Assembly (NCBI GenBank): GCA_001567355.1
Contig: JYNZ01000003.1
Span: forward strand, 605,793 to 669,792
DNA length: 64,000 bases
Source of the DNA: a candidate division WS6 bacterium OLB20
Lineage (GTDB): Bacteria; Patescibacteriota; Dojkabacteria; B142; OLB20
Direction of reading: 5' to 3'
The translations under genes were made by a program, and so were the position numbers. Under the pieces are notes generated by a model. The model did no database searches. It was not told where the DNA came from and saw only the letters and a list, made by a program, of their open reading frames with translations. How positions within the stretch are numbered: position 1 is the first letter of the stretch; the number at the start of each line of letters is the position of its first letter. Shown here one piece after another: positions 18,763 through 28,936 of this stretch.

Positions 18763-21018
18763 ATGGCACGTACAGCTTCGTCACCCGACTCCATACTTTC
18801 ACAGCAGAAGACAAAAACAATCCTGGTCGCTGTCTTTGTCTTCTTGTTGCCGTGGTTCTTTCTCCCTGTGGCATTTGAGGCATACGAGACTGCAAAGGTA
18901 TACCTGAGCGCATTTCTTGTTGGCGCTCTCGCACTCATGTGCGCACGACAGTTCTGGCAGGATAAAAAGCTCACATTGCAGAGAACACCGTTTGACAGGG
19001 CGATACTGCTGTTTGTTGCTGTTTATCTCTTTGCAACGCTGTTTTCCATCCATACCGCAACGTCGGCGTGGGGATACTACAGCAGGTTGAGTGAAGGTCT
19101 GGTCGGACTGCTGATATTTACAGCCCTGTATTACGTTGTTACACATAACCTGAAAAGTATCCGTGATGTTCTGACGGTGGTCAGGTCCTGGGTTCTGTCA
19201 GTCAGCGTACTGGCAGTGTTTATCATTCTTCAGTACTTCGGGCTTCTTACATGGCTGTGGGAAGGCTTAAACAGAGCAGGCGGTATTATCAGTTACTCGG
19301 GCAGATTTACGCCGGTCGGTTCGTCATCATCACTCCTCGGTGTGTTTCTGGTTGCACTGCCTCTGGCTGTTGCCCTTCTGTATTTTGGTAAACGCAGCAA
19401 AAATGACCCTTTCAAGGTACTTGTTGTAATCGGTGCTGTACTTATCACACTTGCAGCAGCAATAACCGCTGCACGCATGGGTCTTTCTTTTGTTCCGGTT
19501 CTTACAATCGGAGTCCTGTTCGGGCTGTTGCTGCTCAGGTTCCGCAGCAAGATCGGGAACAACGTGTTCCACGTCGCGGTTGTAATTGTTTTTGCACTGA
19601 TATTCACGTTTATCTTCCTGCTGCCCGGCGTGCACGAGCGTCTGGGGCTTCCCTCGATCCCGGTTGAAATGCATGCCGGTATCCGTGCCTCCTGGGATGT
19701 CGCGTCCCGCAGTATAACCGGTAATGGTGCCAAGGGACTGCTGCTCGGATCCGGCCCGGACACGTTCTTTTATGATTACACCGCCAGTCTTCCTGTTGAA
19801 TACAACAACACCGTCAACTGGCATCAGCGGTATGCAAATGCGGGTTCCGAGATACTGGACATTCTGCAGGGTACCGGCGTACTTGGTCTGGCAGCACTGC
19901 TGTTTCTAGTATATGTGGTAATACGCGTTGCCGGACGTGAGCTGGCACTGTTTGAACGCAAAACAGCAACCGGGACAACTGTGCTGGTACCAGTCGTTTC
20001 GTCAATCCTTGTATCCCTTGTGCTCATGTTTGTCAGTCCGTTTACTGCAATAAACTGGATCATGCTGTTTATGCTGCTGGCGTTACTGACCGTGAGCATC
20101 TACGACAGAGATGACAAACAGAAAAAGGCAGCTCAGGTGGTTCTGACGTCACAGTCGGGAACATCAAAACTTGACGGTAACAGCATTCTGCCAAGGATTG
20201 CTGCTGCTTTGATAGCAGTGCTGCTTCTTACCGGTACATATATTCTCGGACGACAGTTTGCAGCTGATCTGATGCTGCGCAACTCTCTGACGTCACTGCA
20301 GCTGAATGATATCCAGACTGCATACACAGAGGCGCAGAACGCGGTTTCGCTGGCTCCGGATAAACCGTATATTCAGCGCAACCTGGCACTGATCAGCACA
20401 CGGTTTGCCCAGATACTTGCAAGTTCACAACCACAGACTCAGGAGGAGCTGGAACGCAATATGTCCTTTGTAGACAGCCTTGTACGGCAGGCGGTGTTTG
20501 GTATCCAGACCGCAGTTGTGCAGAACAGAGCAGATGTGGAATCGCATGAATCAGCAGCTAACATCTATGCCAGCATGTTTACACTCTCGGAAGGCAAACT
20601 CTATAAAGCTGAAACACTTGCCGCTCTAAGAAACAGCATTGCGGTTGATCCTTACAATCCTGATCACTTTATTAACCTGGGACTGTTTCTCTACCGCAAC
20701 GAGCAGGTGGAGGAAGCTGAGGTATCATTCCGGAATGCACACCGTCTGCGCCCTGATTATGCCAACTCCGTGCTTGCACTCGGATCACTGCTGGAGGAAA
20801 AAGACAACCTCGAGGAAGCACGCGTATTTTACGAGCAGGTACTGGCACTTGACTCGGTTGGAGACGAGACAGCACTTGGCATGGAGGTGCGGCGCAGACT
20901 GGAAACACTGGGAGAAAACACTCTGTTTGTAAATGAGGAACCTCTTGAAGTTGAAGGAGAGAACAGTGAGGCTGAGGACAATACGCAGTCGACAGACCAG
21001 GCACAACCGGCAGAGTAG
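18763..21018 (+). CDS. O-antigen ligase/polymerase-like (Wzy_C-type) multi-TM protein with C-terminal TPR repeats
   Basis: About 12 TM helices followed by a soluble TPR-like domain (AVDPYNPDHFINLGLFLYRNEQVEEAEVSFRNAHRLRPDYANSVLALGSLLEE). Confidence 0.65.
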   Translation: MARTASSPDSILSQQKTKTILVAVFVFLLPWFFLPVAFEAYETAKVYLSAFLVGALALMCARQFWQDKKLTLQRTPFDRAILLFVAVYLFATLFSIHTATSAWGYYSRLSEGLVGLLIFTALYYVVTHNLKSIRDVLTVVRSWVLSVSVLAVFIILQYFGLLTWLWEGLNRAGGIISYSGRFTPVGSSSSLLGVFLVALPLAVALLYFGKRSKNDPFKVLVVIGAVLITLAAAITAARMGLSFVPVLTIGVLFGLLLLRFRSKIGNNVFHVAVVIVFALIFTFIFLLPGVHERLGLPSIPVEMHAGIRASWDVASRSITGNGAKGLLLGSGPDTFFYDYTASLPVEYNNTVNWHQRYANAGSEILDILQGTGVLGLAALLFLVYVVIRVAGRELALFERKTATGTTVLVPVVSSILVSLVLMFVSPFTAINWIMLFMLLALLTVSIYDRDDKQKKAAQVVLTSQSGTSKLDGNSILPRIAAALIAVLLLTGTYILGRQFAADLMLRNSLTSLQLNDIQTAYTEAQNAVSLAPDKPYIQRNLALISTRFAQILASSQPQTQEELERNMSFVDSLVRQAVFGIQTAVVQNRADVESHESAANIYASMFTLSEGKLYKAETLAALRNSIAVDPYNPDHFINLGLFLYRNEQVEEAEVSFRNAHRLRPDYANSVLALGSLLEEKDNLEEARVFYEQVLALDSVGDETALGMEVRRRLETLGENTLFVNEEPLEVEGENSEAEDNTQSTDQAQPAE

Positions 21019-21032
21019 GTCCGGCAGATAAT

Positions 21033-21066
21033 AAAAAAACTCCGCCACGAGGGCGGAGTTTTTGTT
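21033..21066. terminator. Bidirectional rho-independent terminator
   Basis: aaaaaaaCTCCGCCacgagGGCGGAGttttt: a 7-bp GC stem flanked by an A-tract and a T-tract, between convergent genes. Confidence 0.65.
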
Positions 21067-21085
21067 TGCAAAGACCGGAGAGTGT

Positions 21086-21685
21086 CTACGCTTCGTAGAG
21101 ATCGTTAATGGCCTTCCAGTTAAGGTTTCCGATAAATGCATCGATATATGCGGCGCGATCCGGACCGTAATCACGGTAGTAAGCGTGCTCAAACACGTCA
21201 ATTGCAGCGACGGGTTTTGCTCCCCAGACTGCACCCATATTATGAAAGTCGCACAGGAAGTTTTCGAGCTTGCCCGTGAGCGGATTGACAGCAAGTATTG
21301 CCCAGCCGAGAGAGGCCTTTGCAACTGCGGCAAAGTCTTCCTTCCATGCCTCAAATGATCCGAAGTCTTCGGACAGCTTTTTTACTACAGCCAGAGACTC
21401 ATCTGCCGAACCGTCTCCGCCCATAACACCCCAGTAAATATTGTGAAGAATGATACCGCTCAGATTAAATGACTGGCGGCGCTTCATCTCGCCGTATTCA
21501 CTGTAGTTCATGTTTGCTGCTGACTTGTCAGCAGTTTTTGATCCGGTTTCGATTTCGTTGGCCTTGGCAACGTAACCGTTATGGTGTTTCTGGTGATGCC
21601 AGTTGACTACTTCTTCAGAGAGAACATCCTTGACTGCGTCTGCGTCCCAGGGTAATGCGGGTAATGTGTATGGTTGATCTGCCAT
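21086..21685 (-). CDS. sodA: Fe/Mn superoxide dismutase
   Basis: NWHHQKHHNGYV and DVFEHAYYRDY...NWKAI are SOD metal-ligand motifs. Confidence 0.9.
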   Translation of the reverse strand: MADQPYTLPALPWDADAVKDVLSEEVVNWHHQKHHNGYVAKANEIETGSKTADKSAANMNYSEYGEMKRRQSFNLSGIILHNIYWGVMGGDGSADESLAVVKKLSEDFGSFEAWKEDFAAVAKASLGWAILAVNPLTGKLENFLCDFHNMGAVWGAKPVAAIDVFEHAYYRDYGPDRAAYIDAFIGNLNWKAINDLYEA

Positions 21686-21763
21686 CTGTAGCTTTGTAAT
21701 AAGTAAAGCGGGGTAACCCTACGTTACCACAGCAGTCATACGGGGTTCAAACCGTAGTCTGGA

Positions 21764-22396
21764 TTATGCCTTGGCAGAGACAAAACGGGAGATCAGATTT
21801 TTCAGGCGTTTGATGTCGCTTTCGAGCAGGCTGGTAAATCGTTTCAGGTGGCCGATATGAAGCTCGCCGTTAACAGGAGTGTATGTCAGCTCAATCGAGA
21901 TAGTATCTTTACGTTTGGGGTTGTAAAGATGAAATCTGACGGCACCGTAACTTGAATCCAGAGATGTCGGCCCCTGGAGAAGAAAGTCGTTTAAAGCAAG
22001 AAACTCAACTGCTTCTGTAAAATCTTTTTGTTCAAATGTGTATCCGGGCAGAATATCTGTATACAAAGTTTTATCATTCTGAAGCGCCTCGGTGAAGAGG
22101 TCGGTGATATACCGGTTGTATTCAATCCCGCTTTTTACCGGAAACAGATACTTTTTACCTCCTTTGGGGTGTTCCTCGACCAGTTCTGCTTCTTTCAGTT
22201 TACGGACATGATGAGATACAGTTGACTGGGCAAGTCCGGAGAGTTTTGTGAGACCTGTGACTGTATTCATCGCTACCGGAAGGGTTTCGTCAAGATCACA
22301 CTTTCCGGACTCTATGACTAGAGTAGTGTAAATCTTCAGTCTGGATGGATCTGATAATGCGGTGAATGCGTCAGCTGCCCTGTCAAACGAAAACAT
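21764..22396 (-). CDS. ArsR/SmtB-family HTH transcriptional regulator with a C-terminal domain of unknown function
   Basis: LSDPSRLKIYTTL...QSTVSHHVRKLKEAELV is the ArsR winged-helix signature. Confidence 0.65.
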   Translation of the reverse strand: MFSFDRAADAFTALSDPSRLKIYTTLVIESGKCDLDETLPVAMNTVTGLTKLSGLAQSTVSHHVRKLKEAELVEEHPKGGKKYLFPVKSGIEYNRYITDLFTEALQNDKTLYTDILPGYTFEQKDFTEAVEFLALNDFLLQGPTSLDSSYGAVRFHLYNPKRKDTISIELTYTPVNGELHIGHLKRFTSLLESDIKRLKNLISRFVSAKA

Positions 22397-22418
22397 CGTT
22401 ACGTACCTGCTGATGTGG

Positions 22419-23029
22419 TTAAGTTATGCTCCTGATCAGTGTAACAGCTTTGCCCCTGATCTGAACATTATTGAACAGTTCTGCTTCTTTGCCTTGGGCG
22501 GCAAACGAAAGTCGTATTTTATCCTTCTGATATCCGAGACTGCCGAAGAACGATTCTTCAGGAGAGCGTTCGATCACAACCAGATCACCGTCCGAGGCGG
22601 CATCCTGCTCCGAAAACACCAGAATGTCACCTTTGCGGGCGATACTGGTGTCAAGCACCTCGCTGAGAACATTGAGTGCAAAGAATGTTCCCTGGAAGGG
22701 TAATACAGACTCATGCAGAACAACAATGCGTGTCCTTGCATTGCGTTTTACCTGTCCGTATTCTGCAATAGCACCAAGGACAGGGATCTCGGCGATTCCG
22801 GACACACCCATTTTTGACTCGACTGCCCGGACGCTGCGGGCCTGATTCATCTCCTTATGGATATAACCTTTCTGCTTGAGGTTTTCGATATGTTCGTGAA
22901 CCGTTGAGATAGCAGACAGGTTGAAGTGTTTTTGATGTCAATCAGCGATGGGGCGTAGCCGTTCAGCTGCGAAAACACCTTCACAAAGTCTAAAATCTCT
23001 CTCTGGCGTTTTGTAAGCGGCGGGTACAT
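22419..23029 (-). CDS. lexA: LexA repressor; split by a 1-nt deletion in a T5 run (22929..22933)
   Basis: The N-terminal ORF gives LTKRQREILDFVKVFSQLNGYAPSLIDI. The +1 frame continues HFNLSAISTVHEHIENLKQKGYIHKEMNQARSV into the S24 peptidase domain of ORF 22419..22850. A 6th A on the coding strand restores one protein. Confidence 0.8.
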
Positions 23030-23047
23030 ATAAAACAGTATACAGTA

Positions 23048-24062
23048 CTAACTTTTTATCAGTTCCCCGTTAATGATCTCCCAGCTCGTAGTTGTGCCGG
23101 ACATCGTGTCTGTCTGGCCGTTGATCTGTATTTCTACAGCGTCAGGTCTCGGTGTGACTATTTTCAGGAATGTGATGTCTTCAAACTCGACAGTTTCGCC
23201 AACCTGCAACACCCGGGCGACAGTCAGCTCTTCGTCTTCGGTGATCTCAAGATATGCTTCGCGGTTGACGATGGTGATTGTACCACTTAGTGCAAGTGTT
23301 TCGTCCCGAGTGTCTGTCGGGGAGGGAGTGGGGCTTGCGCCTTCTCCGGCGACCTGGCCGCTGCCAGGTGTCTCTGCTGCCGGTGACTCGCGGAATACAT
23401 TAAATGTAAGTTCGCTCTGTCTGCCGAATTCGCTTTCTGCAACAAGAATAAATGTGTTGAGACCGGGCTGCAGCTCAAATCGCTCGCTGAAGCGTTTGAA
23501 GTTGTTGGTCTCGTATTCCTGACCGTTAACACTCAACTGCGAACCTACTTCGACTTCACCCTCTATCAGCAGGGTGTCCTCGCTGACCCGCAGACTTTCC
23601 TCTCCGCCTGCCTCCACCGGCACCGGGGCCAGAATTCTGAGCTCCGGCTCTTTAAGTACACGTCCGATATACGAGCCGATATAGCCCACAGCGACAATAA
23701 GCGCCACAAGAAGTCCAAGTCCGATAATCCTGCCCGGTGTGATGGTGAGGTTGATCGTTCTGTCCTGCACCCGCTCTGTTGTACTGATGACTGGCTCGCC
23801 TTTTTTTGTAATCGCGCTCACGGCGGTACATTGCGATTGCCCGCTCGGTATTTACCCCGAGAAATTTGGCATAATTCTTCAGAAAACCCTTAAGGTACAC
23901 CTCGGACGGAAAAATATCGTAGTTACCTTCTTCGAGAGCCTCCAGGTATTCTTTGCGGATCTTGGTGATCTCGGCAATCTGTGCAATCTTGAGCTGACGC
24001 TCCTTGCGTCGCTCTTTGAGCAGGTTCCCGATTGTGCGTAATTGAAAACTGGTATTCAGCAT
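23048..24062 (-). CDS. RodZ-like bitopic cytoskeleton protein (N-terminal XRE-type HTH, TM, extracytoplasmic domain); frameshift in T7 run 23811..23817
   Basis: The N-terminal ORF (QIAEITKIRKEYLEALEEGNYDIFPSEVYLKGFLKNYAKFLGV) matches the RodZ HTH. Removing one A joins ...RDYKK to GEPVISTTERV..., followed by a TM helix (GLGLLVALIVAVGYIG). Confidence 0.6.
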
Positions 24063-24126
24063 GAAAATGAGTGGTTGCGGCAGCAGTAGTGCATTGCAAT
24101 TATAGCACCTTGCAGCCGGACTACGA

Positions 24127-25686
24127 TTAATTTTCGGTTTTTCGTTCCTTGAGGATGCCCGCTTTTATCTGCTGAAGCAGGTTGCGCTCCCTGTCGATAA
24201 AGACGAAAGAGGTTACTGCCGCTGCAGCTGCAAAACCGGCAGCTACAAAGGTGGTTGTGCGGTAGGCGGGTACAAATGAGTCGGCAATGAGCATTCGGGT
24301 TTCTTCCGCTTCGGCGCTACTGTAATTGTCCGGAATCTCAATCGCCAGCAGACTGTCGGCCTGCTCAAATATCTGTGTCTGGCTGACCGAGAGCAGATCA
24401 GATTCCTTCAGCTGCTGTTCAAGCTGTGATGTGAAAACTGAAATGAGCAGAGCACCCATAAGTGCAACGGCAAAGACAGCTGCAATGCGTGAGACTGCAT
24501 TATTAAGACCTGATGCCATCCCCGCCTTCCCCTCTGGTACCTCAAGCGCTGACTTGGTGAGCGGTGCAATCACAACGGCCATTCCCAGCCCGATCAGTAC
24601 CTGACCCGGCAGAAAGTCACGCACGAATACGGCCGGATAGCCTGCAACTGCGAGAAGAGCCATCCCAATAGCTACAATGAATGATCCGGCAGTCATGAGC
24701 ATGCGGTTGGAATACCTGTCCGCCAGAGCACCTCCTGCTCCTGAGAGCAGTGTGATAATCAACACAGTCGGCAGCAGGGCAAATCCTGCCAGAGAAGGTG
24801 ACAGCATCTGCAGCTGCTGCAGATTGATTACAAGAAAGAAGAAAAATCCGTTAAGGGCAGTATATAAGAATAGTGTGGCAAGGTTTGCTCCCAGTACAGT
24901 CTGGTTTTTGTACAGCTCAGGGCTGATCAGCGGATTTCTGCTGCGTACGTCATACAAAAGAAACAGCACAGTTACAGTGATTCCGATCAGAAGTATCAGC
25001 CAGATATAGTGGTCCCAGTTGCGGTCCGGACCGTACATCAGACCCGTTACCAGCAGTGACAGTCCAAGCAGCGACAGAACAACGGACAGAATATTTACAG
25101 GCTTGCGATCAATCTTCTCCTGACGGGGAATACTGCTCATGCACAGACCAAAAGCAAGCAGTCCGAGCGGAAGGATCATCAGAAATACGGAGCGCCAGCC
25201 GAACTGTTCTACAAAGACACCCCCGACAACAGGTCCACCCAGTGCAGCAACACCGCCCGACAATCCCGACCACAAGCCGATTGCCTTGCCGCGTTCGCTG
25301 GCGGGGTACGCGGAGCTGATTATCGCCAGGCTTCCGGGGATCATCAGCGCCCCGCCCAGTCCCTGCAGCAGCCGGAACACTATAAGCTGTAATGATGAAA
25401 CGGCTGTGCCCGACAGAACCGAGCCAAGCGTGAAGAGAACAATACTGGCAGCAAAAATGTTACGCCTTCCAAAACGGTCACTCAGTGAACCGCTGATCAG
25501 GATAAAGACGGCAAGTACCAGTGCATAGCTGTTAAGAATCCATTGGATCTCTATCAGTGTTGCATTAAGATCAGATTGAATGTCGGGAATCGCGAGATTT
25601 ACGGCGCTGCCCATCAGAAAGGCCATTCCACTAGCGAGAATGGTAGAGGAGAGAACAAAGAGTCCCTGCCGGCTGGTAAGTTTCAT
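24127..25686 (-). CDS. MFS transporter, DHA2 (14-TM drug:H+ antiporter) family
   Basis: 519 aa with 14 predicted TMs and MFS motif A (GSLSDRFGRRNIF). Confidence 0.85.
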   Translation of the reverse strand: MKLTSRQGLFVLSSTILASGMAFLMGSAVNLAIPDIQSDLNATLIEIQWILNSYALVLAVFILISGSLSDRFGRRNIFAASIVLFTLGSVLSGTAVSSLQLIVFRLLQGLGGALMIPGSLAIISSAYPASERGKAIGLWSGLSGGVAALGGPVVGGVFVEQFGWRSVFLMILPLGLLAFGLCMSSIPRQEKIDRKPVNILSVVLSLLGLSLLVTGLMYGPDRNWDHYIWLILLIGITVTVLFLLYDVRSRNPLISPELYKNQTVLGANLATLFLYTALNGFFFFLVINLQQLQMLSPSLAGFALLPTVLIITLLSGAGGALADRYSNRMLMTAGSFIVAIGMALLAVAGYPAVFVRDFLPGQVLIGLGMAVVIAPLTKSALEVPEGKAGMASGLNNAVSRIAAVFAVALMGALLISVFTSQLEQQLKESDLLSVSQTQIFEQADSLLAIEIPDNYSSAEAEETRMLIADSFVPAYRTTTFVAAGFAAAAAVTSFVFIDRERNLLQQIKAGILKERKTEN

Positions 25687-25771
25687 TACGTAATAGTAGC
25701 AGATAATTGTCTGTTACTTTGACAAGTACCGCCTGCTTTCCCATAATGAGTGCATATCATATTCTTCGTTT

Positions 25772-28699
25772 ATGAACATAACACCCAGGTTGCAGGCCGG
25801 AAGGATTCTGCTTGGAGCCAGTATCGCTGTACTGGTCGTCAGTATTGTTGCGTTTCTTGGTTTGTATCTGACTGATGATGCCGGCGCAGTCGGTAATATC
25901 CGGATCACAAATGTCACTGCCAATGGTGCCACTATCAGCTGGACAACACAGCGTCCGGCTGCAGGAAAAGTCTTTTATTCTGCAACACCGGGATCGCTGC
26001 CGTTTCTTGACCGTGCAGGCAAGGCGCTGGCCGTTGATGATCGTGATGTGGTTCAGAACCACGAGGGTGCATATGCAATCAAGCCGGATGGTATCGAAGA
26101 ACGTGTAACCCATCATGTCACAATCAGAAATCTGGAGCCCGACACCACCTACTACTTCAGTGTCGGAGAAAACCTGAGAACATTTGCCGGCGAGCAGGGT
26201 AGCTTTACAACAGGTCCGGTTTCAGAAGCGATTGCTACACCGGATCCGGTATACGGGGCTGTATATTCTTTTGGTGATCTGAAGCAGCCTGCAGACGGTA
26301 TCGTCTACTACCGAGTATATGCGGTAGATGGCCAGAATGAGGTATCAACACAGGATTACTCCTCAGTATTAAGCGAAACAGGAACGTGGACAGGCGACCT
26401 TGGAAATAACGATACCATCGTAAACGGTCAGGATCTTAAGCAGCGGGAAGATGCTTCCCTGTGGGTTGAGGTAAAGTCGGATCTGGGTGCTACTCAGTAT
26501 TCGTTTCCTCTTGAAGACTACAAGCCGCTCCCTCCGATGTACGTTACAAGCGGCTTCACACCTGACGGTTCGGGAGACAGCACTGAGGCTGATACTGCTA
26601 TCGGGGATCGATCAGATAATGAGAGAGCAGGATTAACAGAGGTACTTGCGAGTGTCATCAGTCCCGTTGGAGCTCAGGGCCTTGTTGCCTGCAGCGGAGA
26701 TTACTATGAAGCATGCGGAAACGGTGGACAGAAGTTATGTCATAAACGTGGCCTGGGCCCGACAAGCGCCGGTGATTCCAATTGTTCATGGGGACCAGGG
26801 TCTTACTGTGATGCTTGTGTAGAACCAGGGAATCCTGGTGGCGGAAGTGGCAGTGGTGGTCAGACCCCCCCTCCACAGGCAGACAGCACCTGCCTTGCAC
26901 CTGGCTGCAGCAGAGCTGAGGGGCAGGTCTGGATCGGCTCAAGCAGCGGCATGTGCCGTATCTGCAATAACGGATGTACAAAAGCAGCCCCCAATCCTTC
27001 GGCTTGCTGCAGTCTTTTAGGACCAAATGACTCAAGACGTGCTCAGAACGGCTGTTCCGTAAATACACCACCTGCTGCTCCGCCGGTAACTCCTCCGCAG
27101 GAGGATTCCGGAGGCGGTAGTGTGATTAATCCTGCCAATCTGCCAAATGGCAGCGCATGCAGAACGAGGGATAACAATATCGAATGCAGATCAGGTATCT
27201 GCTGTGACGGTCTTCCTGCAAGTTCGCCCTCAGGTCCCGGTATCTGTGCTTCTACTTGTGCAGTTGGAGTTACACCAACTCCGGCACCTACAGGTGACAC
27301 CGGAAGTGCATGTACTTCAACTGTTAAATGTCCTGATACATCCTACTGCGATTCACGTCTGGAGCGGGAGTTTGAAGAATCAAATACCGGAATCCGTACA
27401 TTGAATTGTGTATATGCCAAGACACTGGGAGGTTCAAAAACCGAACGGGCACTGCTCTACAAGGTAAACAATAACTGTTCGTTAAGTCTTTTGGGTGATG
27501 GTAAAGAAGCAGAGCAGGCATTTTGCAGTGCGGGTACCGACACCAGTCCGGATCCGTGGCAACAACCCCCTCAGCCTGCCGCAACATGTGACGTAAACAG
27601 TTTTGCGCCATGCATGCCTTTAGTCGTTGGTTGTGGAGAGATACTTGTATCAAGTAACGTTGTCCAGAGTACAGGTTCACCGTTCCTGAACTGTGTCTAT
27701 CAGAAGGGTGACACGCCGCGAGGTGTTTCTTGGAATATAAATACCGGTAACTGTACTATGTCCATGTCCCAGGGGTCTCAAGAAAGAATACCCGAGATAC
27801 GTGAGCTGTTTTGTGGTAGTTCTGATGATACTCAACAACCGGAGACCGCATCAGTTGTAGAGATTCCTGTTGCTCCAGAGGAGCAGCCACTGGATGGGGA
27901 GAGTCGAAACGGTAGCGATGATGTGACAGCGGTACAGAATGTTCTTGGTGCAGCAAACACAACAAGCCCTGTACAGCCAGGTGTATACAACGTCGTTATC
28001 TCCGGTGTTAAATCACAGTCCGTAATCATTACAGCAGAAAACGTATCGGTGGCATTCTTCCTAGATGCAAATGGCGATGGCATTAAGCAGGAAACTGAAG
28101 AATATGTAGATTCTGCAATCTTTGAAATTTCTCTTGAGAAACAAGAAGATGTCATTACCTACAGTCTGAACGAAGGCTGGAATCTCATCGGTTTTCCGAT
28201 TGTATCTGAGAACTGGACAAAAGCCAGCCAATTACTTAGACACATCAACCGGGCTGGAGTCGGTGTTACCCATATAGCATCGTATGACTCGTCAGGATGG
28301 AAGATCTACTCAGCACGAGTTAACGGAGACGGAGAGATCGTAGAGTTTGGAGAAGACTATAATCTGGTTCCTGGACATGCGTTATTCATTAAGAGCCAAC
28401 AGGTCGGAGCGTTTAATCTGACTGGTCGCAAGTTCGCCGAGCCGGTTCCGTTAAACCTTGAGCGCGGCTGGAACCTGATCTCTGTACAGTCACCGGCAGA
28501 GTATACTGCCGGCAGCCTTATCAGTAAATGTGAAGCAGCAAATATGAGCTGTGACACGGTCAGCCGCTACGAGGCAGGCCGGTATGAAAATGTGGTTAAG
28601 GACGCAGGGACACTGTTCGGACTGGACTTTAACATCATCACCACACGCGGATACTTTGTGCGGGTAAAGGATGGCCAGGGAGGGCAGTTTACACCCTGA
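25772..28699 (+). CDS. Large (975 aa) membrane-anchored surface protein: N-terminal FN3/purple-acid-phosphatase-N-like domain, long cysteine-rich region, C-terminal beta-rich domain
   Basis: TM anchor ILLGASIAVLVVSIVAFLGL; FN3-like ITNVTANGATISWTT...HHVTIRNLEPDTTYYFSV; roughly 60 Cys between aa 310 and 700. Confidence 0.7.
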   Translation: MNITPRLQAGRILLGASIAVLVVSIVAFLGLYLTDDAGAVGNIRITNVTANGATISWTTQRPAAGKVFYSATPGSLPFLDRAGKALAVDDRDVVQNHEGAYAIKPDGIEERVTHHVTIRNLEPDTTYYFSVGENLRTFAGEQGSFTTGPVSEAIATPDPVYGAVYSFGDLKQPADGIVYYRVYAVDGQNEVSTQDYSSVLSETGTWTGDLGNNDTIVNGQDLKQREDASLWVEVKSDLGATQYSFPLEDYKPLPPMYVTSGFTPDGSGDSTEADTAIGDRSDNERAGLTEVLASVISPVGAQGLVACSGDYYEACGNGGQKLCHKRGLGPTSAGDSNCSWGPGSYCDACVEPGNPGGGSGSGGQTPPPQADSTCLAPGCSRAEGQVWIGSSSGMCRICNNGCTKAAPNPSACCSLLGPNDSRRAQNGCSVNTPPAAPPVTPPQEDSGGGSVINPANLPNGSACRTRDNNIECRSGICCDGLPASSPSGPGICASTCAVGVTPTPAPTGDTGSACTSTVKCPDTSYCDSRLEREFEESNTGIRTLNCVYAKTLGGSKTERALLYKVNNNCSLSLLGDGKEAEQAFCSAGTDTSPDPWQQPPQPAATCDVNSFAPCMPLVVGCGEILVSSNVVQSTGSPFLNCVYQKGDTPRGVSWNINTGNCTMSMSQGSQERIPEIRELFCGSSDDTQQPETASVVEIPVAPEEQPLDGESRNGSDDVTAVQNVLGAANTTSPVQPGVYNVVISGVKSQSVIITAENVSVAFFLDANGDGIKQETEEYVDSAIFEISLEKQEDVITYSLNEGWNLIGFPIVSENWTKASQLLRHINRAGVGVTHIASYDSSGWKIYSARVNGDGEIVEFGEDYNLVPGHALFIKSQQVGAFNLTGRKFAEPVPLNLERGWNLISVQSPAEYTAGSLISKCEAANMSCDTVSRYEAGRYENVVKDAGTLFGLDFNIITTRGYFVRVKDGQGGQFTP

Positions 28700-28722
28700 G
28701 GCAGACCGAAAGAAAACAATAC

Positions 28723-28748
28723 GGAGGGGCTTCTCGCGAAGCCCCTCC
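28723..28748 (+). terminator. Intrinsic terminator hairpin after the 25772..28699 gene
   Basis: GGAGGGGCTTC-tcgc-GAAGCCCCTCC: a perfect 11-bp stem followed by ccatggttt. Confidence 0.55.
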
Positions 28749-28936
28749 CCATGGTTTAATTGTAACCGTTATTGTGCTTAATAATCCTTAAACCATGCTG
28801 AAACCGCTTACAACAGATAATCCTTCTTCAAGACTGCCATGTTGAAACAGACGTCAGCAAACAATTCTGTCTTCATCTATTTTGCCTGAGTAAACGCACT
28901 GCTGATTCCGCGCGTTTATCTATTAGGTCTAATCCA

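Noticed and set aside
19293-20099. Several minus-strand ORFs of 60-160 aa
   Set aside because: They are antisense to the polytopic O-antigen-ligase-like gene. GC-rich antisense frames are commonly open.
20672-21354. Minus-strand ORFs overlapping the 3' end of 18763..21018 and the terminator
   Set aside because: They are antisense or alternative frames that span a strong bidirectional terminator.
23030-23050. Confident SOS-box call upstream of lexA
   Set aside because: Only a weak, imperfect CTGT/ACAG-like repeat is present. It is kept as a low-interest finding, not as a feature.
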